From assembly GCF_051058965.1 (NCBI RefSeq), contig NZ_CP183924.1: 64,000 nt of DNA; one strand, 5' to 3'. The translations under genes and the position numbers were made by a program. This DNA is from Corallococcus exiguus. GTDB taxonomy: Bacteria; Myxococcota; Myxococcia; Myxococcales; Myxococcaceae. Below, piece by piece: positions 38,249 through 47,725 of this stretch. The stretch's first letter is position 1, and every line of letters begins with the position of its first letter. The notes beneath the pieces were generated by a model that was given only the letters and a program-made list of their open reading frames with translations, had not been told where the DNA came from and did not search any database.

Positions 38249-39511
38249 TCAATGCTGGGTCTCGCGGTCCTTGATGAGCCGCTCCAGCTCTTCCCGGATG
38301 ATGGTCTCCGCCAGCTGCGGAACGACCTCCCAGGCAATCTTCTCGATGACCTCGCGGGACGCCTTCGACAGCGCCTCGCGCAGCAGCGCCTCTCCGCCAT
38401 CCGCGGCCGGACGGGCGCGCGCGGGCGGAGTCGCCGGCGAGGGACCGCCGATGTCCAGGGAGATCTCCTCCGCGCCGCTGGGCTCGGGCAGCGAGTCCTC
38501 GATGCGGATGCTCGCCGTGCGGGCCTGCGCGGCGGGCGGGGCGGCCGGAGCACCCAGCCCGAACGGATCCCGGGCACGGGCGGCCGGAGGCACCGCGGCG
38601 GGCGGGGGCGCGGACGGCAGCGGCGCGGCGCCCGGAGGACGCGGGAAGCCGCCCGGGATGTTCGGGGCGCCAGGGCCCGGAGGACGCGCGGCCATGCCCG
38701 GAGGAGGCGCACCCGGAGGACGCGCGCCCGGCGGCACGGCACCCGGCGGAGGACGCGCACCCGGAGGCATGGCGCCCGGAGGCGGCGCACCCGGAGGACG
38801 CGCGCCCATGCCCGGAGGCGGCGCACCCGGAGGAGGACGTGCACCCGGAGGCATGGCGCCCGGAGGCGGCGCACCCGGAGGACGCGCGCCCGGAGGCACA
38901 GCGCCCGGCAGCGGACGCGCCGCACCCGGAGGAGGAGGCACACCGGCGCCCGGAGGACGCGCGCCCGGAGGCACGGCACCCGGCGGAGGACGTGCACCCG
39001 GCGGCACGGCGCCCGGAGGCGGCGCACCCGCGGGACGCGCACCCGGCGGCACGGCGGCGGCGGGCGGCGCGCTGACCGGAGCGCTCGGGGCGGAGGTCTG
39101 GGGCAGAATGCGCGTCGCGGCGGACGCGGGCATCGTGTTGGACTTCTGGCCCACCAGCGCCTTCACCTTGTCGAGGAGGATCTGGCTCTCGAAGGGCTTG
39201 GTGATGTGGTCATCCGCCCGGGCGGCCTTCGCGCGGTTCTCGTCGAACGCCTCGAAGGTGCCGGCGAGCAGCAGCACCGGGATGGCCTGCGTGGAGGGGT
39301 CGCTCTTGAGCGCCTCGCAGACCTCGTAGCCGCTCTTGCCCGGCATCATCACGTCGGCGAGCACCACGTCGGGACGCATCTCGCGCGTGCGGGAGATGGC
39401 GTCCAGCCCGTTGTCCACCGCGGTCACCTGGAAGTCTTCCGTCGCGAAGATCATCCCGATCACCTTGCGGATGGTGAGCGAGTCGTCAGCGATCAGTAGA
39501 TTCTTGGGCAT
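38249..39511 (-). CDS. romR: Response regulator with an N-terminal REC domain, a long Pro/Gly/Ala-rich repeat linker (PPGARPPGA x many) and an acidic C-terminal domain. It is RomR-like (the polarity regulator of myxobacterial motility).
   Basis: REC reads MPKNLLIADDSLTIRKVIGM...DVVLADVMMPGKSGYEVC...PVLLLAG. An approximately 180-aa Pro-rich region is encoded by GC-rich tandem DNA repeats (38600-39060). The C-terminus reads EEISLDIGG...ALLREALSKASREVIEKIAWEVVPQLAETIIREELERL. Length from MPKNLL is 420 aa, matching M. xanthus RomR. Confidence 0.7.
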   Translation of the reverse strand: MPKNLLIADDSLTIRKVIGMIFATEDFQVTAVDNGLDAISRTREMRPDVVLADVMMPGKSGYEVCEALKSDPSTQAIPVLLLAGTFEAFDENRAKAARADDHITKPFESQILLDKVKALVGQKSNTMPASAATRILPQTSAPSAPVSAPPAAAVPPGARPAGAPPPGAVPPGARPPPGAVPPGARPPGAGVPPPPGAARPLPGAVPPGARPPGAPPPGAMPPGARPPPGAPPPGMGARPPGAPPPGAMPPGARPPPGAVPPGARPPGAPPPGMAARPPGPGAPNIPGGFPRPPGAAPLPSAPPPAAVPPAARARDPFGLGAPAAPPAAQARTASIRIEDSLPEPSGAEEISLDIGGPSPATPPARARPAADGGEALLREALSKASREVIEKIAWEVVPQLAETIIREELERLIKDRETQH

Positions 39512-39628
39512 CGGCTCCGGCCTCGGGGGGCGCATACCCCCCTGAATTCGTTTGAGATTTCGGGCGAGCAAGCCTGCCTGCACGCCCTGTGTCAATCGGA
39601 GAAGCTTAGGATTCGCGCGTTGGGCCGA

Positions 39629-40441
39629 TCAAGAAAACATGCGCTGCAGGTCCAGTAACATCACCGGATCCGGCAGCCCCGGCGCCCGGAACGTTCCAGG
39701 AAGCTCGGCCGGCTTGAACTTCTGCAGCACACCAAGCACCCGGGTGGCCGCCAGCCCCACGTTCCGCCCCGCCAGTTCCGTGAGGACGAACAGCTCCTCC
39801 ACCTGGGCCGGCGCACCCAGCAGCGCTGGAATCGAACAGATGGGCCATAGCGCCTGCGCGTGGGGATAGACGCCCGCCACCGGCCCGCTCTGCACCGGGA
39901 GCACGCTGAACGCCTCGCCCCGGGGCACCACCTGGGAGACACAACCCAGCGGGACGCCGAACAGCACCCCCTGGGATTCCAGCACCAGCGCCCGCTCCGG
40001 GGGCTCGTCCGCATAGTGCACGGGCCGGGGCTCCGGTGGAGTCGCCCGGGGGCCCGCCCGGTGCGGCAGCGCCTCCACGATGAGCTCCAGGTACAGCCGG
40101 TCCTTGTGCAGCACCGCGCCCCGGCTCAGCGGCGCCAGCGAATCCGCCAGGCCCGGAGGCAGCAGGAAGAACGGATCCCTCGCGACGTCCGCGACCTCCA
40201 CCACGGCGCGAACCCGCACCGCGAGCGTGGGGCTGACGTCCAGGACCACCACCATGCCCGCCACTTCCTCAGGCAGGCCGCCGAGCAGCGCGGCGAGGTC
40301 CTTCACTTCCAGTACGCCGCGCAGACTCGCGCCGCGAGCGCCCGGCATCGCGACCTCGATGACGGAGGTGGCCTCCACCGCGTAGCGCGTCTCTCCGGCC
40401 TCCACCAGCAGGCAGAGCCGCCGTCCGCTTTCAAAGGGCAC
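39629..40441 (-). CDS. CheW-like domain protein (tentative). It is hypothetical and conserved next to the RomR-like gene.
   Basis: Two segments resemble the CheW fold (RLCLLVEAGETRYAVEATSVIEV... and ALVLESQGVLFGVPLGCVSQVV). The similarity is weak. Confidence 0.4.
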   Translation of the reverse strand: MPFESGRRLCLLVEAGETRYAVEATSVIEVAMPGARGASLRGVLEVKDLAALLGGLPEEVAGMVVVLDVSPTLAVRVRAVVEVADVARDPFFLLPPGLADSLAPLSRGAVLHKDRLYLELIVEALPHRAGPRATPPEPRPVHYADEPPERALVLESQGVLFGVPLGCVSQVVPRGEAFSVLPVQSGPVAGVYPHAQALWPICSIPALLGAPAQVEELFVLTELAGRNVGLAATRVLGVLQKFKPAELPGTFRAPGLPDPVMLLDLQRMFS

Positions 40442-40494
40442 GGCCCGGGACCCTAGCAGCCTTCCAGCGTTGGGTGCTAAGCCCTGAGACAGTC

Positions 40495-41883
40495 ATGGCG
40501 CGACTGCTCCTCGTCGACGACGAAAAGATCGCCCGCAATCTCTACGGCGACTACCTCACGGCCGCGGGACACCTGGTCACGGCGGTGCCCACCGTGGCGG
40601 ACGCGAAGGCCGCCCTCTCCGCGGCACGGTTCGACGCGGTGGTGACGGACCTCATCCTCCCCGGCGGCGACGGCATGGAAGTCCTCCGTCACGTGCGCGA
40701 GCGCTACCCCGGCGTGGAGGTGCTCGTCATCACCGGCCTGGACAAGGTGGCCCCCGCGGTGCGCGCCATCAAGAGCGGCGCGGCGGAGTACCTGGTCAAG
40801 CCCGTGGCGCCGGAGGCCCTGGAGCACGCGCTGCGCCGCGCGCTCACCACGCGCGACCTGATGCGTGAGAACGCGTCCCTGCGCCAGCACGTCGCGCTGC
40901 TGGAGGCGGGCCAGCGCATCGCCACCACGCTCGACCGCGAGCGGCTGTCCACGGCCGCGTCGGACGCGCTGGAGTCCATGGCCAACGCCTCCGCGGTGAT
41001 GCTCCTGGAGCGGGACCCCGGTGGCACGGGCTTCCGCTCGCACGGCATGCGCGGACTGCCGGTGGACCTGCACGAAGCGCTCGTCCCGCAGCTCATCGAG
41101 CGGCTTTCGGGCACGCGCACGCAGGTGGAGCTCGACGGACTTCAAGTTCCCTGGCCGCGCACCCTCTCCTTCCCCGCCGTGGACGGCGAGCTGGTGCTGG
41201 GCCACGCGGTGCTCTTCCACGACAGCGCGCCCGTGGAGCACCACGCGGAGACGGTGGGCTTCCTCGTGCGCAACTGGGCGCTGGCCCTGCGCAACCTGGG
41301 CCGCTTCGCCGCCGTGGAGGACCTGGCCTACGTCGACGACCTCACCCGCCTGTTCAACACGCGCTACCTGCACCTGGTGCTGGACCGCGAGGTGAACGAG
41401 GCCCTCCAGACGGAGCGCCCCTTCTCCCTGCTGTTCCTGGACCTGGACCGCTTCAAGGCCATCAACGACACGCACGGGCACCTGGTGGGGTCGCGCGTGC
41501 TGGTGGAGGCCGCGCGCGTGCTCAAGGGCTGCGTGCGCGACCCGGACGTGGTGGCGCGCTTCGGCGGCGACGAGTACGTGGTGCTCCTGCGCGGCACGGA
41601 CTCCGGCGGGGCCCTCAAGGTCGCCGAGCGCATCCGCCGCACCATGGAGACCCATCAGTTCCTGGGCCGCGAGGGGCTGGCGCTCAAGCTCACCACCTGC
41701 ATCGGCGTGGCCAGCTTCCCGGAGCATGCCCAGGACAAGGACCACCTGCTGGACCTGTCCGACCGGGCCATGTACCGGGGCAAGCGTGGCACCCGGAACG
41801 TCGTCTACATGGCGGCGCAGGACCTGGAAGCCACCCCGGCCGAGCGCCGTCAGAATCCCCCGCCCCCGCAGGGACAGGGCTGA
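40495..41883 (+). CDS. Response-regulator diguanylate cyclase (REC-GAF-like-GGDEF)
   Basis: REC reads MARLLLVDDEKIARNLYGDYL...DAVVTDLILPGGDGMEVL. GGDEF reads RLFNTRYL...LFLDLDRFKAINDTHGH...VARFGGDEYVVLL, with an intact GGDEY active site. Confidence 0.85.
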   Translation: MARLLLVDDEKIARNLYGDYLTAAGHLVTAVPTVADAKAALSAARFDAVVTDLILPGGDGMEVLRHVRERYPGVEVLVITGLDKVAPAVRAIKSGAAEYLVKPVAPEALEHALRRALTTRDLMRENASLRQHVALLEAGQRIATTLDRERLSTAASDALESMANASAVMLLERDPGGTGFRSHGMRGLPVDLHEALVPQLIERLSGTRTQVELDGLQVPWPRTLSFPAVDGELVLGHAVLFHDSAPVEHHAETVGFLVRNWALALRNLGRFAAVEDLAYVDDLTRLFNTRYLHLVLDREVNEALQTERPFSLLFLDLDRFKAINDTHGHLVGSRVLVEAARVLKGCVRDPDVVARFGGDEYVVLLRGTDSGGALKVAERIRRTMETHQFLGREGLALKLTTCIGVASFPEHAQDKDHLLDLSDRAMYRGKRGTRNVVYMAAQDLEATPAERRQNPPPPQGQG

Positions 41884-41898
41884 AAGCCGGACCGCGCG

Positions 41899-42285
41899 CT
41901 ACTTGCGCAGGCTGCCCACGGTGAGCCGCTTGGGCAGCTCCACCTCGGCGGCCTCGGCGCCACCCTCGCTCACCGCCTCCACCTCTTCGTGAGACGCGCC
42001 GGTGGTGATGAGGCGGTACTTCTGCGACGCCTCGCGGTCGTGCTGGGCCTGCTCCGGATCCAACCGCGCGATGAGCTGCCAGAAGAGGGCCGCGTGCTCG
42101 CGCTCCTCGTCCATGACGTGCCGCAGGATGGCCTTCGCCTCCTCGTTGTCCGTCGCGTCCAGGTGCGCGGCGTAGAGGTTGATGGCGTCCAGCTCCGCCT
42201 CGATGTTGAGCCGGATGGAGCGGGCCAGTTCGGAGTCCGTCAGCTTCCGGGGCACCAGCGAGTGGAACGGGTTCGTCTGCGGCAT
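41899..42285 (-). CDS. Ferritin-like (EncFtn-type) protein with a C-terminal encapsulin cargo-targeting peptide. EncC-like orphan encapsulin cargo.
   Basis: Four-helix ferritin-like motifs are NIEAELDAINLYAAHLDAT and RHVMDEEREHAALF (ExxH). The C-terminus ...EVELPKRLTVGSLRK matches the myxobacterial encapsulin targeting-peptide consensus (LTVGSLR). No encapsulin shell gene is in the window. Confidence 0.65.
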   Translation of the reverse strand: MPQTNPFHSLVPRKLTDSELARSIRLNIEAELDAINLYAAHLDATDNEEAKAILRHVMDEEREHAALFWQLIARLDPEQAQHDREASQKYRLITTGASHEEVEAVSEGGAEAAEVELPKRLTVGSLRK

Positions 42286-42443
42286 GAAGACCTCAGCGAC
42301 AGGGAGGGTTTCCAGCAAGCGAGCGGGCAGCAGCATTTTCCGTCAGGCCGGGCCGGAAGGCGTGCGCGAGCATCCGTTCGGTCGCGAGCGCGGTCAACCG
42401 AATCCCGCTGGGGGTGCGTTGCACGTGAACACCTGCCTCCGCC

Positions 42444-43973
42444 ATGCTCCCGCGCATGGAGACCCCCTCGGCGCTCGCGCAGCTGCTCCAGGCCCTGGAC
42501 GCGGGGGACCTGGAGAAGGCACGGCTCGCGGCCGTGGCGCTGCAACGCTCCAACGCCCACACCCACCAGGTCGCCGCGGAGGTCCTCCACGAGCTGCGTC
42601 AGCCCCTGCTGGGCGCGAAGGCGTACGCCCAGCTGCTGGCCGAGGAAGGAGGCTCCAGCGGCCCGCTGAAGCTGCTGCTCGCGCAGGTGGAGCGGATGGA
42701 GCAGATCGTCTCCGACTTCATCCGCCTGGCCAGCGAGCGGCCGGCCCCGCAGCAGCGGCTGTCGCTGGCCGCGCCCATCTGGGCGGCGGCGAAGGTGTTC
42801 AGCGTCAACCCGGACTCGGCGCGCATCTCCCTGGAGGTGGAGGCCCCCGAGGACCTCACCATCCAGGGCAACGCGCGGCTGATTGAGCAGCTCACGCTCA
42901 ACCTGCTCAACAACGCCCGCGACGCCATGTCCGGCCGGGGCCGCGTGAAGGTGACGCTCGCGCGCGATGGCGCCTCCGCGGCCCTCTACGTGTCCGACTG
43001 GGGACCGGGCATCCCGGACGAGCTGAAGACGCGCATCTTCGAGCCCTACGTCTCCGCCAGCAAACGCGGCACGGGCCTGGGGCTCGCCGTCTGTCGTCGC
43101 ATCGCGCAGGAGCACCACGCGCAGATTGCCCTGGTGCCGCCCACGACGCTGCGCGAAGTGCCGCCCCCGGCCACCGTGTTCCGCGTGCTCTTCCCGCCCA
43201 CGGACGCGCCGCGCCCGCCGCGCAAGCGCCTGCTGGTGGTGGACGACGAAGGCATCATCCGGATGGTCTTCAAGGACCTGATGGACAAGGAGTGCGAAGT
43301 CATTGAAGCGGCCACGGGCGAAGCCGCGCTCGAAATCCTCCGCTCGTCGCCCGTGGACCTCATCGTCACGGACAAGAACCTGCCCGGGATCTCCGGCCTG
43401 GAGCTGGCCCAGCACGCGAGGAAGCTGGACCCCGCGTCGCGCGTCATCCTGATGACGGGCTACCCCTCGCTGGTGACGACGCAGCAGGCGCTGCAGCTGG
43501 GCCTGGTGGACTACCTGCTCAAGCCCTTCGACGACATCCGACAGGTGCGCGCGCTGCTGCGGCAGGCGCTGTACACGCCGGCCGCGCCGCCTGTCCCCGC
43601 CCCCAGCGCTGGCGTGCGCCGGGTGGACGTGCTGGAGGACAACCCGGCCACCGCGCGGCTGATTTCAGAGGCGCTGACGCTGCTGGGCCTGGAGGCGCGC
43701 GTCGTCGCGGGCGCGGAGGTGGCCACCATGGAGCCACCCGTGGGCGTGGTGGTGTCGTGGGACTTCGCGCCGGCCTACGGCAAGAAGGCGCTGGAGCTGG
43801 CCCGGGCCCTGAGCCAGGGCGCGCCCTTCGTCGTCCTGGCCGAGCACCTCACCATGGACACGGCGCTGGCGTCGCTGCGCGCCGGGGCCGCCGCGTGCCT
43901 GCCCAAGCTGCTCTCCGACACCACGGCGCTCAGCCGCGAGCTGGGCCTGGCCCTCAAGAAGACCGCTTCCTGA
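42444..43973 (+). CDS. Hybrid sensor histidine kinase (HisKA-HATPase_c-REC), cytoplasmic
   Basis: H-box HELRQPL, N-box LLNNARDA, G-boxes DWGPGIP and GTGLGLAVCRRI. The C-terminal REC reads LLVVDDEGIIRMVF...DLIVTDKNLPGISGLEL. Confidence 0.85.
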   Translation: MLPRMETPSALAQLLQALDAGDLEKARLAAVALQRSNAHTHQVAAEVLHELRQPLLGAKAYAQLLAEEGGSSGPLKLLLAQVERMEQIVSDFIRLASERPAPQQRLSLAAPIWAAAKVFSVNPDSARISLEVEAPEDLTIQGNARLIEQLTLNLLNNARDAMSGRGRVKVTLARDGASAALYVSDWGPGIPDELKTRIFEPYVSASKRGTGLGLAVCRRIAQEHHAQIALVPPTTLREVPPPATVFRVLFPPTDAPRPPRKRLLVVDDEGIIRMVFKDLMDKECEVIEAATGEAALEILRSSPVDLIVTDKNLPGISGLELAQHARKLDPASRVILMTGYPSLVTTQQALQLGLVDYLLKPFDDIRQVRALLRQALYTPAAPPVPAPSAGVRRVDVLEDNPATARLISEALTLLGLEARVVAGAEVATMEPPVGVVVSWDFAPAYGKKALELARALSQGAPFVVLAEHLTMDTALASLRAGAAACLPKLLSDTTALSRELGLALKKTAS

Positions 43974-43982
43974 AAAAGACTC

Positions 43983-44027
43983 CGGCCCCGGGCGCCCCGC
44001 TTTCGCGGAGCCCACCGGGGCCGGAAA
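43983..44027. terminator. Inverted repeat (11-bp stem) between the convergent hybrid HK and groEL genes
   Basis: TCCGGCCCCGG ...23 nt... CCGGGGCCGGA. The poly-A tract aaaaag precedes it. Confidence 0.4.
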
Positions 44028-44057
44028 CCCTACGAAGCTACGGAGCCGTCAGCCAGC

Positions 44058-45749
<1,692 letters not shown>

Positions 45750-45880
45750 TTAGCACTCGGCCATGTCGAGCGCCAACATAAGGGCCGCATCGACGATGTC
45801 AACGGAAAGGGGCAGCCGTGTGGGCCTGAGGACGCCTACTGGCCCGCCCGGGTGGGGGGCCCGGGCTGCCCGGGAAGGCC

Positions 45881-46237
45881 CTACTCCGCGAAGCGCACGA
45901 GGTTGAGCAGCTGCCCCATGTCCAGGGGCTTCTGCAGGGTGATGGCGACGCCCTTGCGCAGGCCCCGGTCGGAGATGTTGGCGTCCGTGCTGGCGGTCAT
46001 CATCAGGACGGAGATGCGCTGGAAGCGGGGGTCCGCCTTCAGCATCTCCGTGAAGTGGATGCCGTCCAGGTGGGGCATCAGGTAGTCGGTGATGACCAGC
46101 CCCACGGGGTGACGCTCCATGATGTCCAGGGCCTGGAGCGCGTCCGACGCCGAGAACACGGTGTAGCCATGCATCTCCAGGTAGCGAGAGAGCATGGTGC
46201 ACAGCTCGTAATCGTCGTCGACGACCAGGATGTTCAC
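45881..46237 (-). CDS. Single-domain (CheY-like) response regulator
   Basis: MNILVVDDDYELCTMLSRYLEMHGYTV...GLVITDYLMPHLDGIHF...ISVLMMTAS...QKP carries the REC D/D/T/K residues. Confidence 0.8.
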   Translation of the reverse strand: MNILVVDDDYELCTMLSRYLEMHGYTVFSASDALQALDIMERHPVGLVITDYLMPHLDGIHFTEMLKADPRFQRISVLMMTASTDANISDRGLRKGVAITLQKPLDMGQLLNLVRFAE

Positions 46238-46325
46238 GGGGTTCGGGCCGAAACGGGGCGCTGGAAGGTAACAGCGACGCCGGTCGTTGACAACGCGAAG
46301 GTCGGCTTCTTAGCTGCCGGCCCGA

Positions 46326-47399
46326 ATGGCGAAGCGCATGGCGAAGCAAGGGGAGGCGCGAGGCGTGGACGCGCGGCTGGAGGAGGTCGCGGACGCCTTC
46401 GAGGCCAGGGACTTCGAGGCCGCGCTCACCAGCGCCGACGCCCTGCTCCGGGACGTTCCGGACTCACCAGAAGCCCTGCACTACCGGGCCGCCGCGCTGG
46501 TGGAGGTGGGACGCCTGGAGGACGCGGGCAAGGCCTATGGCGCCGCCCTCAAGATGTCCCCGGAAGACCTGGAGATCCTCTTCGGCGCGGCGGAATTCCT
46601 CGTGTGCCGCACCGGCGAGGACCGCGAGGCGGTGGAGGAAGGGCTGGAGTGGTGCGGCCGCGGGCGGAAGCTGGCGCAGCGGACCGACGACGTGGAGCTC
46701 GTCTACGAGTTCCTCCTCCTGGAGGGCATGGGCCTCAACCAGTTGGGGGAATGTGAGTCCGCGCTGAAAATCCTGGACCAGGCGCTGACGCACATGCCGC
46801 GCTCGACGGACGCGCAGCTGGAGCGGGGCATCGCGCTGTTCGAGTTGTGCCGCTTCGCGCCCGCGCAGGAGGCCTTCGAGCGGGTGTTGAAGGACGCGCC
46901 GGACGAGGCCTGGGCGCACCACTACCTGGGGCTGGTCGCGGAGCGGCGCCAGGATGCGAAGGAGGCGAAGAAGCGCTTCTCCCGGGCGCAGGCGCTGGCC
47001 CCGGAGGAGCTGCCGCCGCCGGTGGCCCTGGAGGAGGCGGCGTTCGACCGCGCGGTGGAGGACGCGATGCGCGCCCTGCCCTCGCAGGTGAAGCAGTACA
47101 TGGACAACGTGACGCTGGCGGTGGAGGACCTGCCGTCGGATGAGGACCTGCTGGGTCAGCAGCCGCCGCTGTCGCCGTGCATCCTGGGGGTGTTCCGGGG
47201 CACGCCCGTGGGCGAGCGCAGCGTGATGGACGCGGCGGATCACTTCCCGCCCTCCATCGTGCTGTACCAGAAGAACCTGGAGCGCTTCGCGCGGACCCGC
47301 GAGGAGCTCATCGAACAGATTGGCATCACGGTGATGCACGAAGTCGGTCACTTGATGGGTCTGGATGAAGACGACCTGTGGGAGCGGGGGCTGGACTAG
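46326..47399 (+). CDS. TPR-repeat protein with a C-terminal zincin-like metallopeptidase domain (Zincin_1/DUF1025-like)
   Basis: The N-terminal TPR-like helices are PEALHYRAAALVEVGRLEDAGKAYGAALKMSPED... and ...AWAHHYLGLVAERRQDAKEAKKRFSRAQALAPEE. The C-terminus reads ITVMHEVGHLMGLDEDDLWERGLD (HExxH...GLxE). Confidence 0.65.
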   Translation: MAKRMAKQGEARGVDARLEEVADAFEARDFEAALTSADALLRDVPDSPEALHYRAAALVEVGRLEDAGKAYGAALKMSPEDLEILFGAAEFLVCRTGEDREAVEEGLEWCGRGRKLAQRTDDVELVYEFLLLEGMGLNQLGECESALKILDQALTHMPRSTDAQLERGIALFELCRFAPAQEAFERVLKDAPDEAWAHHYLGLVAERRQDAKEAKKRFSRAQALAPEELPPPVALEEAAFDRAVEDAMRALPSQVKQYMDNVTLAVEDLPSDEDLLGQQPPLSPCILGVFRGTPVGERSVMDAADHFPPSIVLYQKNLERFARTREELIEQIGITVMHEVGHLMGLDEDDLWERGLD

Positions 47400-47419
47400 C
47401 GCCGTTCTCCCCTGCCCTG

Positions 47420-47722
47420 ATGCGCGCCATGCATGCATGGACGAAGCTGGGGCTGATGGCGGTGCTGGGTCTGACGGGCTGTCTGGGCGACGACGACGAA
47501 GAGCCGCGCACGTGTCCGCAGGTGGTGGTGTTCGCGCGCTCGGACAGCGAGACGTGCAAGTCGTTCCCGACGCCGTGTGACGTGCCGGAGGGGTACGTCG
47601 AGTGCTGCGGCGGGCTCTTCGGGGGCTGCGCGGGGAACGTGTCCGGGAACACCTGCGTGGATGATCCGTCCGACACGTGCCAGCCCGGGGGCAGCGCGGA
47701 CTGCCCGGGCATCTGCCAGTAG
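47420..47722 (+). CDS. Small Cys-rich lipoprotein (about 100 aa, 10 Cys)
   Basis: The lipobox is MRAMHAWTKLGLMAVLGLTGCLGDDDEE. The mature part reads ...TCPQVVVFARSDSETCKSFPTPCDVPEGYVECCGGLFGGCAGNVSGNTCVDDPSDTCQPGGSADCPGICQ. Confidence 0.5.
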   Translation: MRAMHAWTKLGLMAVLGLTGCLGDDDEEPRTCPQVVVFARSDSETCKSFPTPCDVPEGYVECCGGLFGGCAGNVSGNTCVDDPSDTCQPGGSADCPGICQ

Positions 47723-47725
47723 GCG

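Noticed and set aside
38600-39060. GC-rich tandem DNA repeats, considered as a possible CRISPR-like or minisatellite element
   Set aside because: They are in-frame coding repeats for the PPGARPPGA linker of the RomR-like protein. The same holds for the (KKAPAKK)n repeats at 34720-35040 in valS and the TDAGT repeats at 30400-30520.
33894-39329. 1811-aa plus-strand ORF and the 38188..39042 Arg-rich minus-strand ORF
   Set aside because: They are antisense to nadC, valS and the RomR-like gene, which all have strong homology. The translations are low-complexity (RRLLRGGLL..., GGRAPGG...) and mirror the sense-strand repeats.
40477-41745. 422-aa minus-strand ORF antisense to the REC-GGDEF gene, plus the similar antisense ORFs over the hybrid HK (42240..43415) and GroEL (44499..45716)
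   Set aside because: No motifs. The sense genes are unambiguous. This is an artefact of high GC.
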